A DNA stretch of 64,000 nucleotides from contig NC_047025.1 in assembly GCF_902652985.1 (NCBI RefSeq), positions 29,388,001 to 29,452,000 of the forward strand, given 5' to 3'. This document shows positions 1 to 13,038 of this stretch, piece by piece. The stretch is from Pecten maximus. Lineage: Eukaryota. Each line of letters starts with the position of its first letter. The first letter of the stretch is position 1. The position numbers were made by a program, and so were the translations under genes. The notes under the pieces are model-generated. The model was not told where the DNA came from. It worked only from the letters and a program-made list of their open reading frames with translations, and did not search any database.

Positions 1-1548
1 CTATGTGATGTGTTTGGATAACAGATCGAACATGATTATAAAGTAAAAACTCATTGTTGTGACATTTTCAGCTGAATGTGACTTTATTCTAATGGATGGA
101 CAAACAATTTCATAAAGAAAATGATGGGACTCAAGATTTTTCATCTTGTCTATAGAGAGAGCGAGTGTGAAAGGAAAATGTATTTTACTGTAAATAAAGA
201 GTAAAAAAGATATATTCTTCTGTTGAAATTCTGGGGGGAAATTGTCCTGGCATTTATTTTGATTGTTACAGTACGTAAGGGGTGTAGATCAAGTCACAAC
301 CAATCATTTTGTCTGAATATTAATACATTGTTTTATAGAAACATTTTCACAATCCGCAATATACATTAGACTTTGATGTAATTTTTACTATAGATGGTTA
401 ACACTTCGTTAATTATTTCTTTGAAATTGGTTGGTTTAATGAATAGTAAGTAATTTGCTCCATTGCATGTACATGTATTACTGTAGGCGGTTTAGTTAAG
501 TTTTGAATAATAAATAATGGATAAGTCCATTTCATCTTCCTTTTATTTGCATTCTGTTGAGTAATCATAATTCATTAAAAAAGGTTTTGTTGTGAATGTG
601 CATCCAACACTGACTTCCCAAGGATTGAGTTCCTGGTGAAAGTCTGATAAAAGTACTGAGTCAACAGGATTTTATATCATTACCTCGCAAATGGTACACA
701 AGCTATATCAGTGCATGGCTACATGATGATGGACATAGTCATTAGACATGATATGGATCTTAATCATAATTAAAACATCTCATATTAAACTGGGGTCAGA
801 TAAAATACTTCCGAGTTTCATAGTTAATTTAAGGGAAATAACTCCAACATAAAGCTGGCAGAATGCAAAATCTTGACATTATTGATAGTTTACTGAATAC
901 ACTATAAAGCATGGATGTTTTATTTGGAAGATACTGTTAAAATTATTTTACTGAAGTAAATGAGCATGATTTCTTTGAGCTTGAGAAGCTATTACAAATA
1001 ATATACTCTTTCAATGGAATGGGGATAAATGGATAGGCCCTGGATTTAATGATAGATCATCTTTAATTTGTGCATTTACTATTTTCTAGGCAGTTGATTA
1101 GGGTTTCTTGACACAGTTAGTACAGGAAATTCTGTAGTATTTCTAGTTACCTAGCTAAGAGAACCAGATTTGTGTAACAGAAAAGGGAAAATATGTTGCC
1201 AAACAGATTTTAGGGACCTCACTTCCGAACCACAAAGTAGATCAAACTTTTACTCTTACTAAAGATAGATGCTGTTTAATACAAATTTTGAGTTGTAAAC
1301 AGCAGAGACATTGATTTAAACTGTATCGTGATTCATCCTTCCATGACTGTCGGTGATGTGACCGATTACCAGGTAAGACAAATCTGTGGTGATGATAAGG
1401 AACTGAAAAGCGACTGAGGATACTCGATGCAGGTCAACAATGTCACAATCTTGATGGGATATATTAGCCCCATAACTCTTCATTTAATTCAATTTAATTC
1501 TGTTTACAGTTATGAATATGTTTATATAATGTTTTAGGTAATTTCTTT

Positions 1549-1730
1549 TATATATATATATAGATACATGGAAAAATTAAAAAAATGACTCAGACAACAT
1601 CTAACGTTTTCGTCCCGTCTAGGGACGAAAACATTAGATGTTGTCTGAGTCATTTTTTTTAATTTTTCCATATATTTTCTTCCACAAGGACTACTATTAT
1701 TTTTTCTCTATATAGATATATGTATATATA
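1549..1730. mobile_element. Palindromic insertion in a (TA)n tract, possibly a Penelope-like terminal fragment
   Basis: Near-perfect ~104-bp hairpin at 1568-1671 centred on GTCCC-GTCTA-GGGAC, plus a short tail; TA runs on both sides. Confidence 0.5.
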
Positions 1731-2634
1731 ATTACGTCATACTAAGAACGATACCAAAATGTTACACAAATTATGTACGGGTGGCCTCCTGTAGAAGCTT
1801 TCATTGCACATACTGGTCACAAGAAATCAAGAGAAAACATAATATCCCAATAAAGTTACTTCTTATGATCATGCAATGGAGGCAGCACATACAATTCTCA
1901 CACCCGTGTCGTCTGATCTACAAGAGTTAATTCCCTTTAATTCTGAAGACCATTCTTGAATTTTGAATTCTGCTGCAGTTTTATCTTGATTATTAGACCT
2001 ATACATGTATTGCCTTTATATTTATACTATCATACATGTATACATAAAATTGAATTCATATTTAAGGTATGAAAGTGTGACTTTTGTACAATAATTTAAT
2101 TGGCGATTGGTCATTAAAGTAAAATAGAATTGGATTTTAAGTCAGTAAATAATTGACTTGCTTGTGAAATTATGAATGCAGTCTGGTCCACTTGGTAGAG
2201 TAATTTATTTAGCTAACAGTTTACTAACTTAAAAGGTGTGATGAATTATAATTAGTTAATTTAAAGACATCATATGATCAATGATGACCCAACTTTAGTG
2301 TGATAAAAAAAATCATACAGAAGACGAACACCGAGGTTTAGAGTAATGTGAATTTGTGTTTCGGAGAACAATATTATCAATAGGCCTGGGACGGGCACAC
2401 CTTGTATCCATATTGAACAACATGTGCCTTTGTTTACATGGGTATCATGGGATAGATATGACGTCACGAACGGAACTAATATGGCGATCATGGAGACCAC
2501 GAAATGTCATTATGAACGGGAAAAGTGCCACAATGGGGTAGTAATACGCAGTTAGAGCGACTATGAAGTCGCAAGGAAGTTGTTTCGATGAAAATGGAAT
2601 ATCTTACTATTTAATATTTTAAGCTAAAGCGAAC

Positions 2635-5600
2635 ATGGACCGTGTTCGCTTGTTGCTGAGTGCTTGCGAGCATGGCGATATTCCATCTGTACAGGCATTA
2701 CTGGATGAGGGACTAGATGTAGACAGCACGGATGCTGACGAAACAACCCCTCTACAGGTATACTCAGAATACCAATGTAGGATCGTGGTTATCACAAGCG
2801 TATACGTGTGGTATATTGAATACGAATTCTGTATGATTTACCAGCATGTACTTGTATAATGTCATTGTTTACATCTTGGCATTAAATGTTTATACACGGT
2901 TGTTGGCACCAACTAACAAAATTATATTATATATGTTTAGTAAATGTCTCCACGGATACCAGCTAGTGGCCTTGACTTAAATATGTTCAAGTCATATATG
3001 ACGTGTGTCCAAATTCCAAATAACACCGACTTTACATATATTCAACACATCAACAACACTTTTACAGTATAGTTAGTACAAGTCAGAACTTAAATTTTTG
3101 GCAATTTATATAATTACAATTCAGTGTCTGAAGCAGAAGTACAATATTGAAACCTTTAAAATGTTAAATTGATTAGTGATCTGTGACACACCTTACAATA
3201 GCTATACCTGTTGGCTATATGTGGTCATGAATTGATTATGTAATCCTTATCAGGTGAGACACACACCAAACACTTATGGTCTCTTGTGGCAAACTTCAAC
3301 TGATAGGATTTACCTGCTGGACTTTTCATCCACTAAGCTATAATTTTTATCAAACTATATACCAAGACTAAATGGTAACGTTGTTGAAGAGTTTTATCAA
3401 CTTATATCTAAGAGTTATTACATGTACAATTGTATATACTGATTGCAGGTGGCAGCTGCCAACGGACATGATCACATCGTCCGCCTTCTGCTAATGCGTG
3501 GGGCGGCCTTAGACAGACGCAATGTGTATGGGTGGACCCCTCTCATGCAGGCCTCGCGTCATGGTCATGCCAATGTGGTGGCCACTCTTCTACAGCAACG
3601 CCAGGCTGATACCAATGCCAAAAATCGTCTTGGGGCATCATCCTTGACCCTTGCTGCTCGTGGGGGTCATCTACAGGTGGTGCGCCTATTAGTTGATTGT
3701 GGTAGCGACCTGAATGCTTCAGGGAACAGTGCCAGTGGGGAGTGTGAGTTCACTCCTCTCCTTGCGGCAGCTCAGCATGGACATGATACAGTTTTAAGAT
3801 TCATCCTTGACCGTGGCAGTAATGTGAATTATCGGACACCATCTACTGGTCAATCTGCACTTATGTTGGCTGCTCTGAATGGCCATATGAAAACTGCACA
3901 GATCCTGGTTGAGCGAGGATGTGACCCCAATGTTGTGAATGTTGATAACAAGACTGCTCTAGAGATCGCCACACGTAGGAATAGGAGGGAGGTTGCCAGC
4001 TATCTTGACAGGAAGACAATCAACAAGCCAAAAATTGGTCAGTGACTGGTTATCACTTTTTTCGTTCGATGTAGATGCATACATATAGAATAGAATGAAA
4101 AGTTATTTGATTACAATTGCAAACAGGAGTGTCATTTTTATCATGGGAAAAATAAAAGTTCCCGTTGACATGTTCATCAGCCTATAGTATTTGTTCGAAA
4201 AGAAAAAAATGTTACTTTGAAAATTATTCAACTAAAGACAAAATTTTCAGAGCAACCTTAAAAAGCTTCCTACCAGTGTTCTTAATATCTTAACATATTT
4301 AATAATTAAAGTTGAACACTGCTTGCTTATGAAAATTTCATTTCTGATGATTGCCTTATAATTATTTTCTCATAAATACCTATACTTGGTATATGAAATG
4401 TGTCGGATCTAATGTTAGCTATATAGGGTCTTGCTGTTAAAGAGAAGGGGAATTTCGAAACATTATTTACCTGTGATTGCTGGCTGGGATATCAAATTTT
4501 ATTTGTGTCTATAATGTTGGTCGTCTTCCTTTTAGAACCAGAAGAAATAAAGCCTGACATTATAGAAGCAGCCAAACATGGTGACATACTGAGGATCCAA
4601 GCCATACTAGACAAGGATCTAAGTCAGATTGATGCCAGTTCCCCACAGGATGGGGCCACGCCTCTTATGTTTGCTGCCATGACGGGTCAGTTGGATGTGG
4701 CTCGCCTTCTAGTTGCCCGAGAGTGTGATATAAACAAACAGGACAGTATCAGTGGCTGGACTGCACTCATGCAGGCCACCTATCATGGGTATGTCATTTA
4801 GAAAACTGAAATTTAAGTTGATATTATGTCACTGTCTATATTAGCATGTACTTTCTGTTATGGTTTATTGAAATTGACAAAATCACAAAAATATGTGGGA
4901 ATGTTTTCCATTATTTAAAAGAAAGAGACCACTGTTGTTCAATATCCCAATAAACTCTTCATTTAACCCCTTCCAAGGAATGGGTAAACTGCATACGATA
5001 CACATGGTTTTCACTGTATTTCGAAAAATAAAAATGTCGTATTAAAATCTGGCTTTATGGCTAACAAAACTCTTAACGGTAATATTTTTTGAGGATCATT
5101 TATAAAAGTGAAATATACAAACAAAGGATGATGGGACCTTGAAATACTGTATGTTGTAGGTAAATACGTGAATAAGTGGGTTAGCAATTGAATTCTTTTT
5201 AGACATTATTTTATAAAGGTCTTATGTTAATCTACAAATAATTTTTATTTCTAGGAAAAAATCTGTGGCAGTGTTTCTGATTGATCAAGGAGCAGATGTA
5301 ACCATACAGGCCAAGAATGGATGTACTGCTTTTGACATGGCACTCATCATAGGTGGGTGTTATCACAGCTTACCTACTCAGTTCGAAACCACAAATGTAG
5401 CAAATTTAACACGACATTGGTGATTATTTTGCAAACACAGGTAATTTCTTTAAGAATCGTTAATTATAGAAGCTAAATAAATAGCAAATAAAGCCATACT
5501 CATGGAATGTCCATAAAATGAAGGTTTTATTCATTATGCTAGGTTTTTGAAAAGTAACCAACAAATAAATTGTAATGATCCCTGTCATGTCAACAGAGGA

Positions 5601-8600
5601 TGTGGATACGGAGCTGCTACGACTGCTGGCTTCCAAAGCAATGTCGGTGAATAAGGAGGACAAGGGAAAGAAGTCATCTACTAAGCAGAATGGCCTTTCA
5701 AAGACCTTCACTGCTACAGACTCTGGGTAGGTTCATAATAGCGGAACTGGACTGCGCTGACCACCGGTGACCAGCTAGTAGCTCAAATAGCATTCGTCAA
5801 GAGTTTGGAGGTCCTGGTCTTGTTGCATATTCCCTCTTCTGTTACACTAGTTATTATGATTTAAAAAAAAAACGGTGGCCAAAGGCCTTCTTAATGTGAT
5901 TCTCACAACGACTTCACCAGACTGTATGTTATGTAAATATTTTGGGGTAATTTGGTGCTCTAAATATTGTGTATATATTTCATCTGATAGTTTCAAAAAC
6001 AAGGTTTCAACATCTACAGCCGTAATTTCAAATCCATATCATTTTACATAGTAAATAGCAAGAGTTACTGGAATTTTACCTTTTTTTTCAGTGTGGATGA
6101 ACAACCCAAAAGTGGACTAAAAGTAAGTACATGTACTGATAAATGGTTAATTAAAACATGACAGTTTTTGTTTATCAGTTGGATCAGAGTTGTTCATTTA
6201 TGAAATGATGACAGACCTAATGATTTGATGTTGCTTTGAAACAAGCCCTGACAAAAACTGTCAAGGCCTGTATTAATATCAGCAGGTCTTGCAAGATTTA
6301 TGCCTGAAATGTTACATTTAGGAATTGACAAACCGGTTTGTTTTTGCATAATAGGCCCCTGGACTTAAATACAGGGCAAGATACAATTTGTTGATTCACT
6401 TGCAAACTCCTACAGGATGAGACATGGTGTTGTTAGCAATTTGTTTTATCCTATATATATACTGTTAGTAACTGCATGGAAAAAAAATCTTAGTTTTTGT
6501 TTTTTTTTAAAAATCTCTCGTTGTCTGACTCACTTAATCATATGACAACAGTTATCCAAGTTCGAATATATATAATTGAAATAACTTAAATGTCACATTT
6601 TCTGGTTTAAAATATGGAGAGAAAAAAACACAAACAACAAAGTCTTTGTTAAAACATATTTAGTAGTCAACTTCAGATAATCAACAATGACATGGATACC
6701 AGTGTTATACAAACATGTTTTATTTATTGTCTTGTGTCTCAATATTGACATTTTTTTCAGGCCTGGTTGAGTAGATTGACGAGTAGAATTAAGAATACAA
6801 AACTTGGTCGTACAATGAACTCTACAAATCGTCTCACTCCTGTCACTGCCCTACATTCATCAACATCAGTACAGGACCTCACCTTGACCATTCCCAAAAG
6901 TCCTCTGGTGGTAAGTGTTGTGACTTTCCCTTGTATAGAACTTATTGCACAAACAATCTAGACCTCTATATAGCTAGACATCAAGATTAATAACCGATTC
7001 CTTTGGACATGTGGATTGTTAATTCTGACACAATGCTGTCTTCTGGCAATTTGTCTAGGGACTTTGTCAGAAATTACATAAACTTTGCTGCTTTGGTCAA
7101 AGAGTTGTTATAATGTTATTTTCTAGATAAGTTCACAAAAAATTGACTTCATGATACAGATTAAAAAAACCTTTCTGGACGCAAATAATATAATTGCTGC
7201 TATATTTTATAGTTATAGTTTTAATATGCATTTATTTAGTGAAAAGGGTTTAATACTCAAATATTACAAATATTTCTCCATACAAGATTTGGTGGTTACA
7301 TTTGACTCTGAATTACAAACAGAAATTTTAACGACTCTTAATTGGGACTGATATTTGGAACCACAATAATACCAGTATGAAATTTAAACTGTTTACACAT
7401 GTGCAAACATTATCTGGAATTTGTTTAATATTTATGACATTATGAATACTTTAAACTATTTCAGCCCCCCAGGAAAACCAACAATTTCATGGACCAGTCA
7501 CACATCTCCACAAGTTATGATCAGATTCTCCTGGAAAACAAGAAGAGTGCTTCTATGTACACACTGGTCTGTATTTTAGGAGTAATATATATATAGTTTT
7601 ATATATACAGTGTATATATGATATTTATATTTCTTACTTCATTAAAAATAAATCTTTCATTATTGCAAATAATCAATTCAGGGTGAATGTATTCTTGTGA
7701 TCTTTAAAAAAAAATACGTGTTCAATGTGAGTTTGTTACCTTTGTTTTGATATTTTTCAATCAACCTTTTCTTCCATTTCCAGGATATAAATCCACCAAA
7801 CTCGAATTTGACAAGTGAGACTTTAAAGCCCTGTGATCCCACCGTTTCTGCCGACTCCTACATTTGATTTAGATATCTCAAGCCCCCGCAGTAAGCCCCT
7901 GAGTGCCCGAGGCCCTGACACCAGCTCAACCCTACACTCTCCAATCCGTCCAATGATGAAACCGCCAATGATGTTCATGCCTAACAAAACCAGCAGCAAT
8001 CTGAGCTCTAGTCCTGCCAGTCCTTCCAGCTCAGGGAGGTTTGTGGCAGCCAATCAAAACAATGGTAAGACAAGAAAAATACATTCAAATTGGCTCTCCA
8101 GAATTCAAATTTTGTATTACAAATAACCAGAGTGCAGAACTTGAATGGTTCTTGTTTTCAATCTGTGGTCTTATTGAGGATAAGACTTCTTCTACAGCTA
8201 GACATTTTCACAAGATTTGACTGTAAATCAGCAAGAAAATTATATCTCCAACATCTCCTTATTGTGTCGCCTTTGAAAAAGGAGACATATAGGTATTACT
8301 TTTCGGCGGCGTCGGCTTCGTCCGGAAAATGGTTTTCGTGCGATAACTTAAGTAGTTTAGAACGGATTATTTCAAAACTTCATGGGAAGGTTCATTACCA
8401 TGATAGCTCGGACAAGTCCGATAACCAAAATTATTCGCACCTTTTTAAAAGAGTTATAGCCCTTTAATTTTTTGCGAAAATGGTTTCCACTCAATAACTT
8501 GAATAATTATTACAGGATTAATTTGAAACTTCATGGGAAGGTTCGTTACCATAATACTGTGGACAAATTCGTTAACCAAATTTATTTGCACCATTTTAAA

Positions 8601-11600
8601 AGAGTTATGGCCCTTTAATTTTTTGCGAAAATGGTTTCCACTCAATAACTTGAATAATTATTACTGGATTAATTTGAAACTGCATGGGAAGGTTCGTTAC
8701 CATAATACTGTGGACAAGTTCGTTATTGTTTTTTTTTATTCAAGTCCTAATTTTAAAGAGTTATGACCCTTTAATTATTCGCATACACAGGCGACACCTC
8801 CACTTCCGTGGAATTCTTGTATTATCATATACAAGTAACTTAATTTAAATGTATCCTTATTTACTGGTAGGTCTTCATTGTACCAGTCTAATATGAAAGT
8901 TATTAATGAAATTATTTGAAAACTTAAACAACATAGTTCTGTGCATTTCCTTTACAGGTGACTACAATGAGAACGGTATATATTCTCCTACAAATAATAA
9001 AGGACCACTAGTTTTCTTGCCACCACAGACACCATCACGTCTTTTCATGCCACGGTAAGATAGCTCAATTAAACGTCGCAAGTATATTTAAATATTCCTC
9101 TATCTTCAATGAAGTGTTAAATCATTTGAACTTTGATTATATGATGTCAACAGTGATGAAGACCAAAGACTTTTCACAAATGGGGCATTGTATCACAAAA
9201 ATGTCATGGTTTAACATTTCTTCATTACACTGAAAACGAAGAAAAGAATAAAGGTAACATTTTTAGGGCTTGCAAAAAATATGTTCAGTTAACTTGAGTG
9301 TATTTTGAGGCAGAGTATATATTTCTTATTTACTTACAGCAAATCATCCGTACCATCGGCCTTCAGGACAGCGTCCAACACAACTTCACCAAATAGTTCA
9401 ACAAGTGGCAGTTCCTCCGTCACACCCCAGCGATCACATTCTCATGGTCGTAGCACTTCATCCAAGGAGAGCACCACTTCAACTCTCACCCCATCCCCCT
9501 CGCCTACTCCAGGAAAGGTAGGCTATATGAAAGCTAACAGGATACAAATTAGCTATGTACACGCAAACACCAGGAAAGGTAGCTTATATGAGCCAACACG
9601 AGGAACATTAGCTATACACAAACCTACACCAGGATAGGTAGGTTATATGATTTCTTACATGATAAAGATTAGCTATACACACACCTACACCAGGATAGGT
9701 AGCTTATATAAGCCAACATAAGGAACATTAGCTATACACACCTATGATTGCTTACATGATACAGATTAGCTATACACAAACCTACACCAGGAAAGTTAAA
9801 TATACTGTCTCATTCACTTGGAGGATATGACTCGCCAGCACATAAACAAATTTGAATTAAATTTTTCTGTCTTTTCTGCACTGTTAATGGTTATAGTGTT
9901 AATTAATGGCTGTTTTGAACAAACACATTTTAATTTTATTTATGGTTGCTTCTCTTGAAACCTTAAAATATGCAGCAATGGAATGTGACTATTTAAACTT
10001 GTAATATTCAATCAATTATTGATACATCATTTTTATAGTTTTAAATATTTCAATACCAAACAATGATTACCCCTTTAGTTTTAAAACTGTTAAAAACTAC
10101 TTTGTTACATCATGTCGTAATAAAAAAAATCTTCTTTACAGTTCCAAGAAGATCCTGGACATATACTCAGCTCTCTGCATGAGAATGAAACTAACACGAA
10201 TGGTGAGTGCCATCATGGTTTTGTTGTCCATCGTTAGCTCACCTGATCTTGTGGTATTTAACTTATGCCATAGTGCGGTCCATCTGTCGGCCGTCAACTT
10301 TTCCTTTAAATTGTTACTAGTCATTAAGTACTAAGTGGATTGGGACCAAATTTAGGATGAAGTTTCCTTTGGGGCTCTGGAAGCAGAGTGGTTAATGTGT
10401 CCCAGACACTTAATCACTAGCCCTCCTTCTCTGGGTTGCGAGGTCGAAACTCACGTGGGGCAGTTGCCTGGTACTGACCGTAGGTCGGTGGTTTTTCTCC
10501 TTGTACTCCAGCTTTCCTCCACCTCCAAACCAGGCACATCCTTAAATGACCCTGGCAGTTAATAGGACGTTAAACAAAATAAACCAAACCAAATCCAAGT
10601 CATCTGACTTTTTACTAGCCTTATAACCTCCCCAAGAATGGTAGTTCTTATTGTTGATATGAGATTTCACATAATAACAATGTTCTCAAGTTTTAGTTTT
10701 GTCCAGCTGAAAAAAAAAAGTCAGTCTATATACCTGTTCACTGAAATAGAATACATACTTGAAATACAAGTCGACTATTTCCCTACCAACCACTTGGATT
10801 TGTGGACCAGTTTAAATAAATATCAACTTTTTAATCAGATGTTTACTCTCTTTTTTTTATTATTTCAGATGAACTTTCGGGAATTTTAAAGAAATTATCC
10901 CTGGAGAAATACCAACCAATATTTGAAGAACAAGAGGTAAATTTAAATTGGAATATAATATGTCTGTCTGTAATCATGTAATACCCGTGATTGGCGTTAT
11001 GATAGCTTTCTGCTGTTGCTGTTCCAAAGAATGATAAAGATGGAATTATTAAAAATGGAAATGGTTTGTAGTTTGTTTACATGCACCTGTCTAGATTTCA
11101 AACCCGCTGATTCGATAGTAAGCACTGATGAACCATTGAACACTACCAGGTAACGCCTTGTTTAACTGTTATTTGTTTAGGTGGACATGGAGGCATTCCT
11201 GACCCTGAATGATACTGACCTGAATGAGCTTGGTATCTCTCACACACAGTCACGACAGCAGATCCTGAAAACTATATCTGAACTTAAGACGGGAAAGGTA
11301 TGAAAACGAAGCCCTAAAACTAAATGCAAATCTTCAAAGCAAGCTTTAAAAGAATTTGTTCACATTCTAAAAGAAAAGACAAGGCATAGACTGTTCATTA
11401 AAGAAAAAAAGAACTGCTTTTTCAAAAATCCATAAAGCCAACCCTAATATTGAATAAAATGTTCAGTAAAATGAGTTATTGATCATACTACCATCAGTAG
11501 GTTGTGTACAATCTCACCTTTGTTTTATTTAACTGTTTCAATTATTTATCATCAGGGTAAAGAGCGCCAGCAGTTTGTTGATACAATGACCACCTTCCAG

Positions 11601-12954
11601 TCAACACTACGAGTTCGACCAGCAGACCCTTCTAGTAGAATCAATGGGTATTGACTTATAACACAAAGGAGATGCTTGAGGGACATTAGCCAATCTTGTG
11701 AAATAGTATTAAAAAAAGATTGTAATGACACTCTACAGTAATCAGGGAAATTATCTTCCTATCAAACATTAGACACTTTTCCTTGTAATCAGGACCTGTA
11801 TCACACCAGAATGATACTTCCGATGATTTATTCTGCGAGTTGTTTTTAGTCCTGATCATTTTGATGCCCTTTGTGACTTTATTTGAGGTTTACTGTTTTA
11901 CTGATTGCCTTGTCCAATGCTGCTCTACAGATTTTACTTTTTTTTGAAGCCTACAATTGAAACAAAATAGTCACAATACTAATTACTATCATTTATATAT
12001 CACTTTGGGGTCGCACATATACGACTGCTGATTGATAAGTTGTGAGCCTCATAGTAAGGATTTGAATTTTGCCGAAAATATTGTATTATTTTTCAACATA
12101 ATCCCCTTCAATATTTATACACTTTTGCCAGCGGTGTTTAAGGGCCTCATTGCCACTTTTATAGAACTTCTTTTCTTGGCTGTTTAGAAAGTCATCCACT
12201 GCAAGTTAGGGTTAGGGTGCCAGAAATAGCTGTTTTCAGTTTTGGAAATAGATTAAAGTCTGATGAAGTGAGATTGGGTGAATAAGGCAGATACTCAATC
12301 AATTTAAAGCCACAATCGTGAACGGCAGCCATGGCAATGACAGACTCTTTCACCCTAGCCCTAACCGATTTTGTCCATTTTGCAAAAAATGCTTGCCTTG
12401 TTTACTTCGGAGTGCTACCTCATCAATATAAACTTACCAAATGAGGCACCATTTATGAGATTTAATAACATTTTGGATTTTCTTGGGGGTCAAAAGTGGT
12501 AAAACAGCCAAAACTAACTAATTACTTGCAGAAATGCTTGAATTAAAAAAAATTTTGAAAAGTGTTCCAAACCTTTGTAATTTAGTAGGATCACTGCATG
12601 CTTATTCTTCAGTAGTCATGTTTTTCATATATGTATAATCTTGCAGTTATTTGTAGGATGCAGAATAAAGCGAGGTGTGGCGGCATTCATGTTGTACCAA
12701 CATATTTCTAGTGAACAGAATTAGTCCTATGCATACATGTACACTCTTCATGATTCCTTATTTTTAAATAGTCTATAGGGAAAAAAATTACGATTATTCC
12801 ATGTATGTCTCCATATGATAAAAATGACATTGTGAAAATGATATTTAAAATTCAAGGAAAACTAGCTTGATTACTCAATTCAAATTAAACCTCCTGTCTT
12901 TTTTGTTATAGGTGGTCACACCCCTCATCATCAGGGGACACGGATCATTCTTGA
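2635..12954 (+). CDS. ANKS6: Ankyrin repeat and SAM domain-containing protein 6 (ciliary inversin-compartment protein), 16 exons, ~803 aa if one extra base in exon 9 is removed
   Basis: Exons 2635-2757, 3449-4037, 4536-4788, 5255-5352, 5597-5726, 6092-6122, 6761-6910, 7465-7566, 7784-8064, 8958-9054, 9340-9517, 10142-10202, 10869-10936, 11181-11297, 11556-11647, 12912-12954 (last exon least certain); all GT-AG and phase-compatible. N-terminal ankyrin array ([41 protein letters not shown]), GLKAWLSR motif, Ser-rich region, and SAM domain [32 protein letters not shown]...GKGKERQ closely matching vertebrate ANKS6. Confidence 0.93.
8259..8820 (+). mobile_element. Non-autonomous Helentron/HINE-type element with ~150-bp internal repeats (x3)
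   Basis: 5' subterminal TGTCGCCT pairs with 3' AGGCGACA; CGGCGGCGTC microsatellite-like tract; three ~150-bp units; 3' hairpin TCCAC-TTCC-GTGGA followed by TTCTTGT. Confidence 0.75.
9503..9795 (+). repeat. ~60-bp degenerate tandem repeat containing the ANKS6 exon 11 3' end and donor
   Basis: CC-AGGA(A/T)AG-GTAG recurs at ~9509, 9570, 9629 and 9690, with a partial copy at 9787. Confidence 0.8.
10371..10596 (+). mobile_element. tRNA-derived SINE (V-domain-like core)
   Basis: A-box-like GCAGAGTGGTTAA, B-box-like GGTCGAAAC, core GGTTTTTCTCC..TACTCCAGCTTTCCTCCACC and an (AAACC)n tail; follows a HINE 5' fragment at ~10233-10370. Confidence 0.7.
12019..12350 (-). mobile_element. Tc1/mariner transposase 3' remnant
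   Basis: Minus strand reads [34 protein letters not shown]...[14 protein letters not shown]...[18 protein letters not shown], matching the mariner YSPDLAPSDF and RW.KC...GDY motifs. Confidence 0.85.
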
Positions 12955-13038
12955 AAAACTTCCTCTGCATTTTCGTGATCTTTGTGGGATGAGGAATTTA
13001 CCCGAGTTAAGGCACCTTCAGCACAAAATGGAGTCTGA

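Noticed and set aside
7822-7835. Programmed -1 frameshift at T-TTA-AAG in ANKS6
   Set aside because: The required shift is +1; the -1 frame reads GCC CTG TGA and stops.
9150-9236. Possible intronic C/D snoRNA (GTGATGA...CTGA)
   Set aside because: No convincing terminal stem or properly placed guide; such boxes occur by chance in AT-rich DNA.
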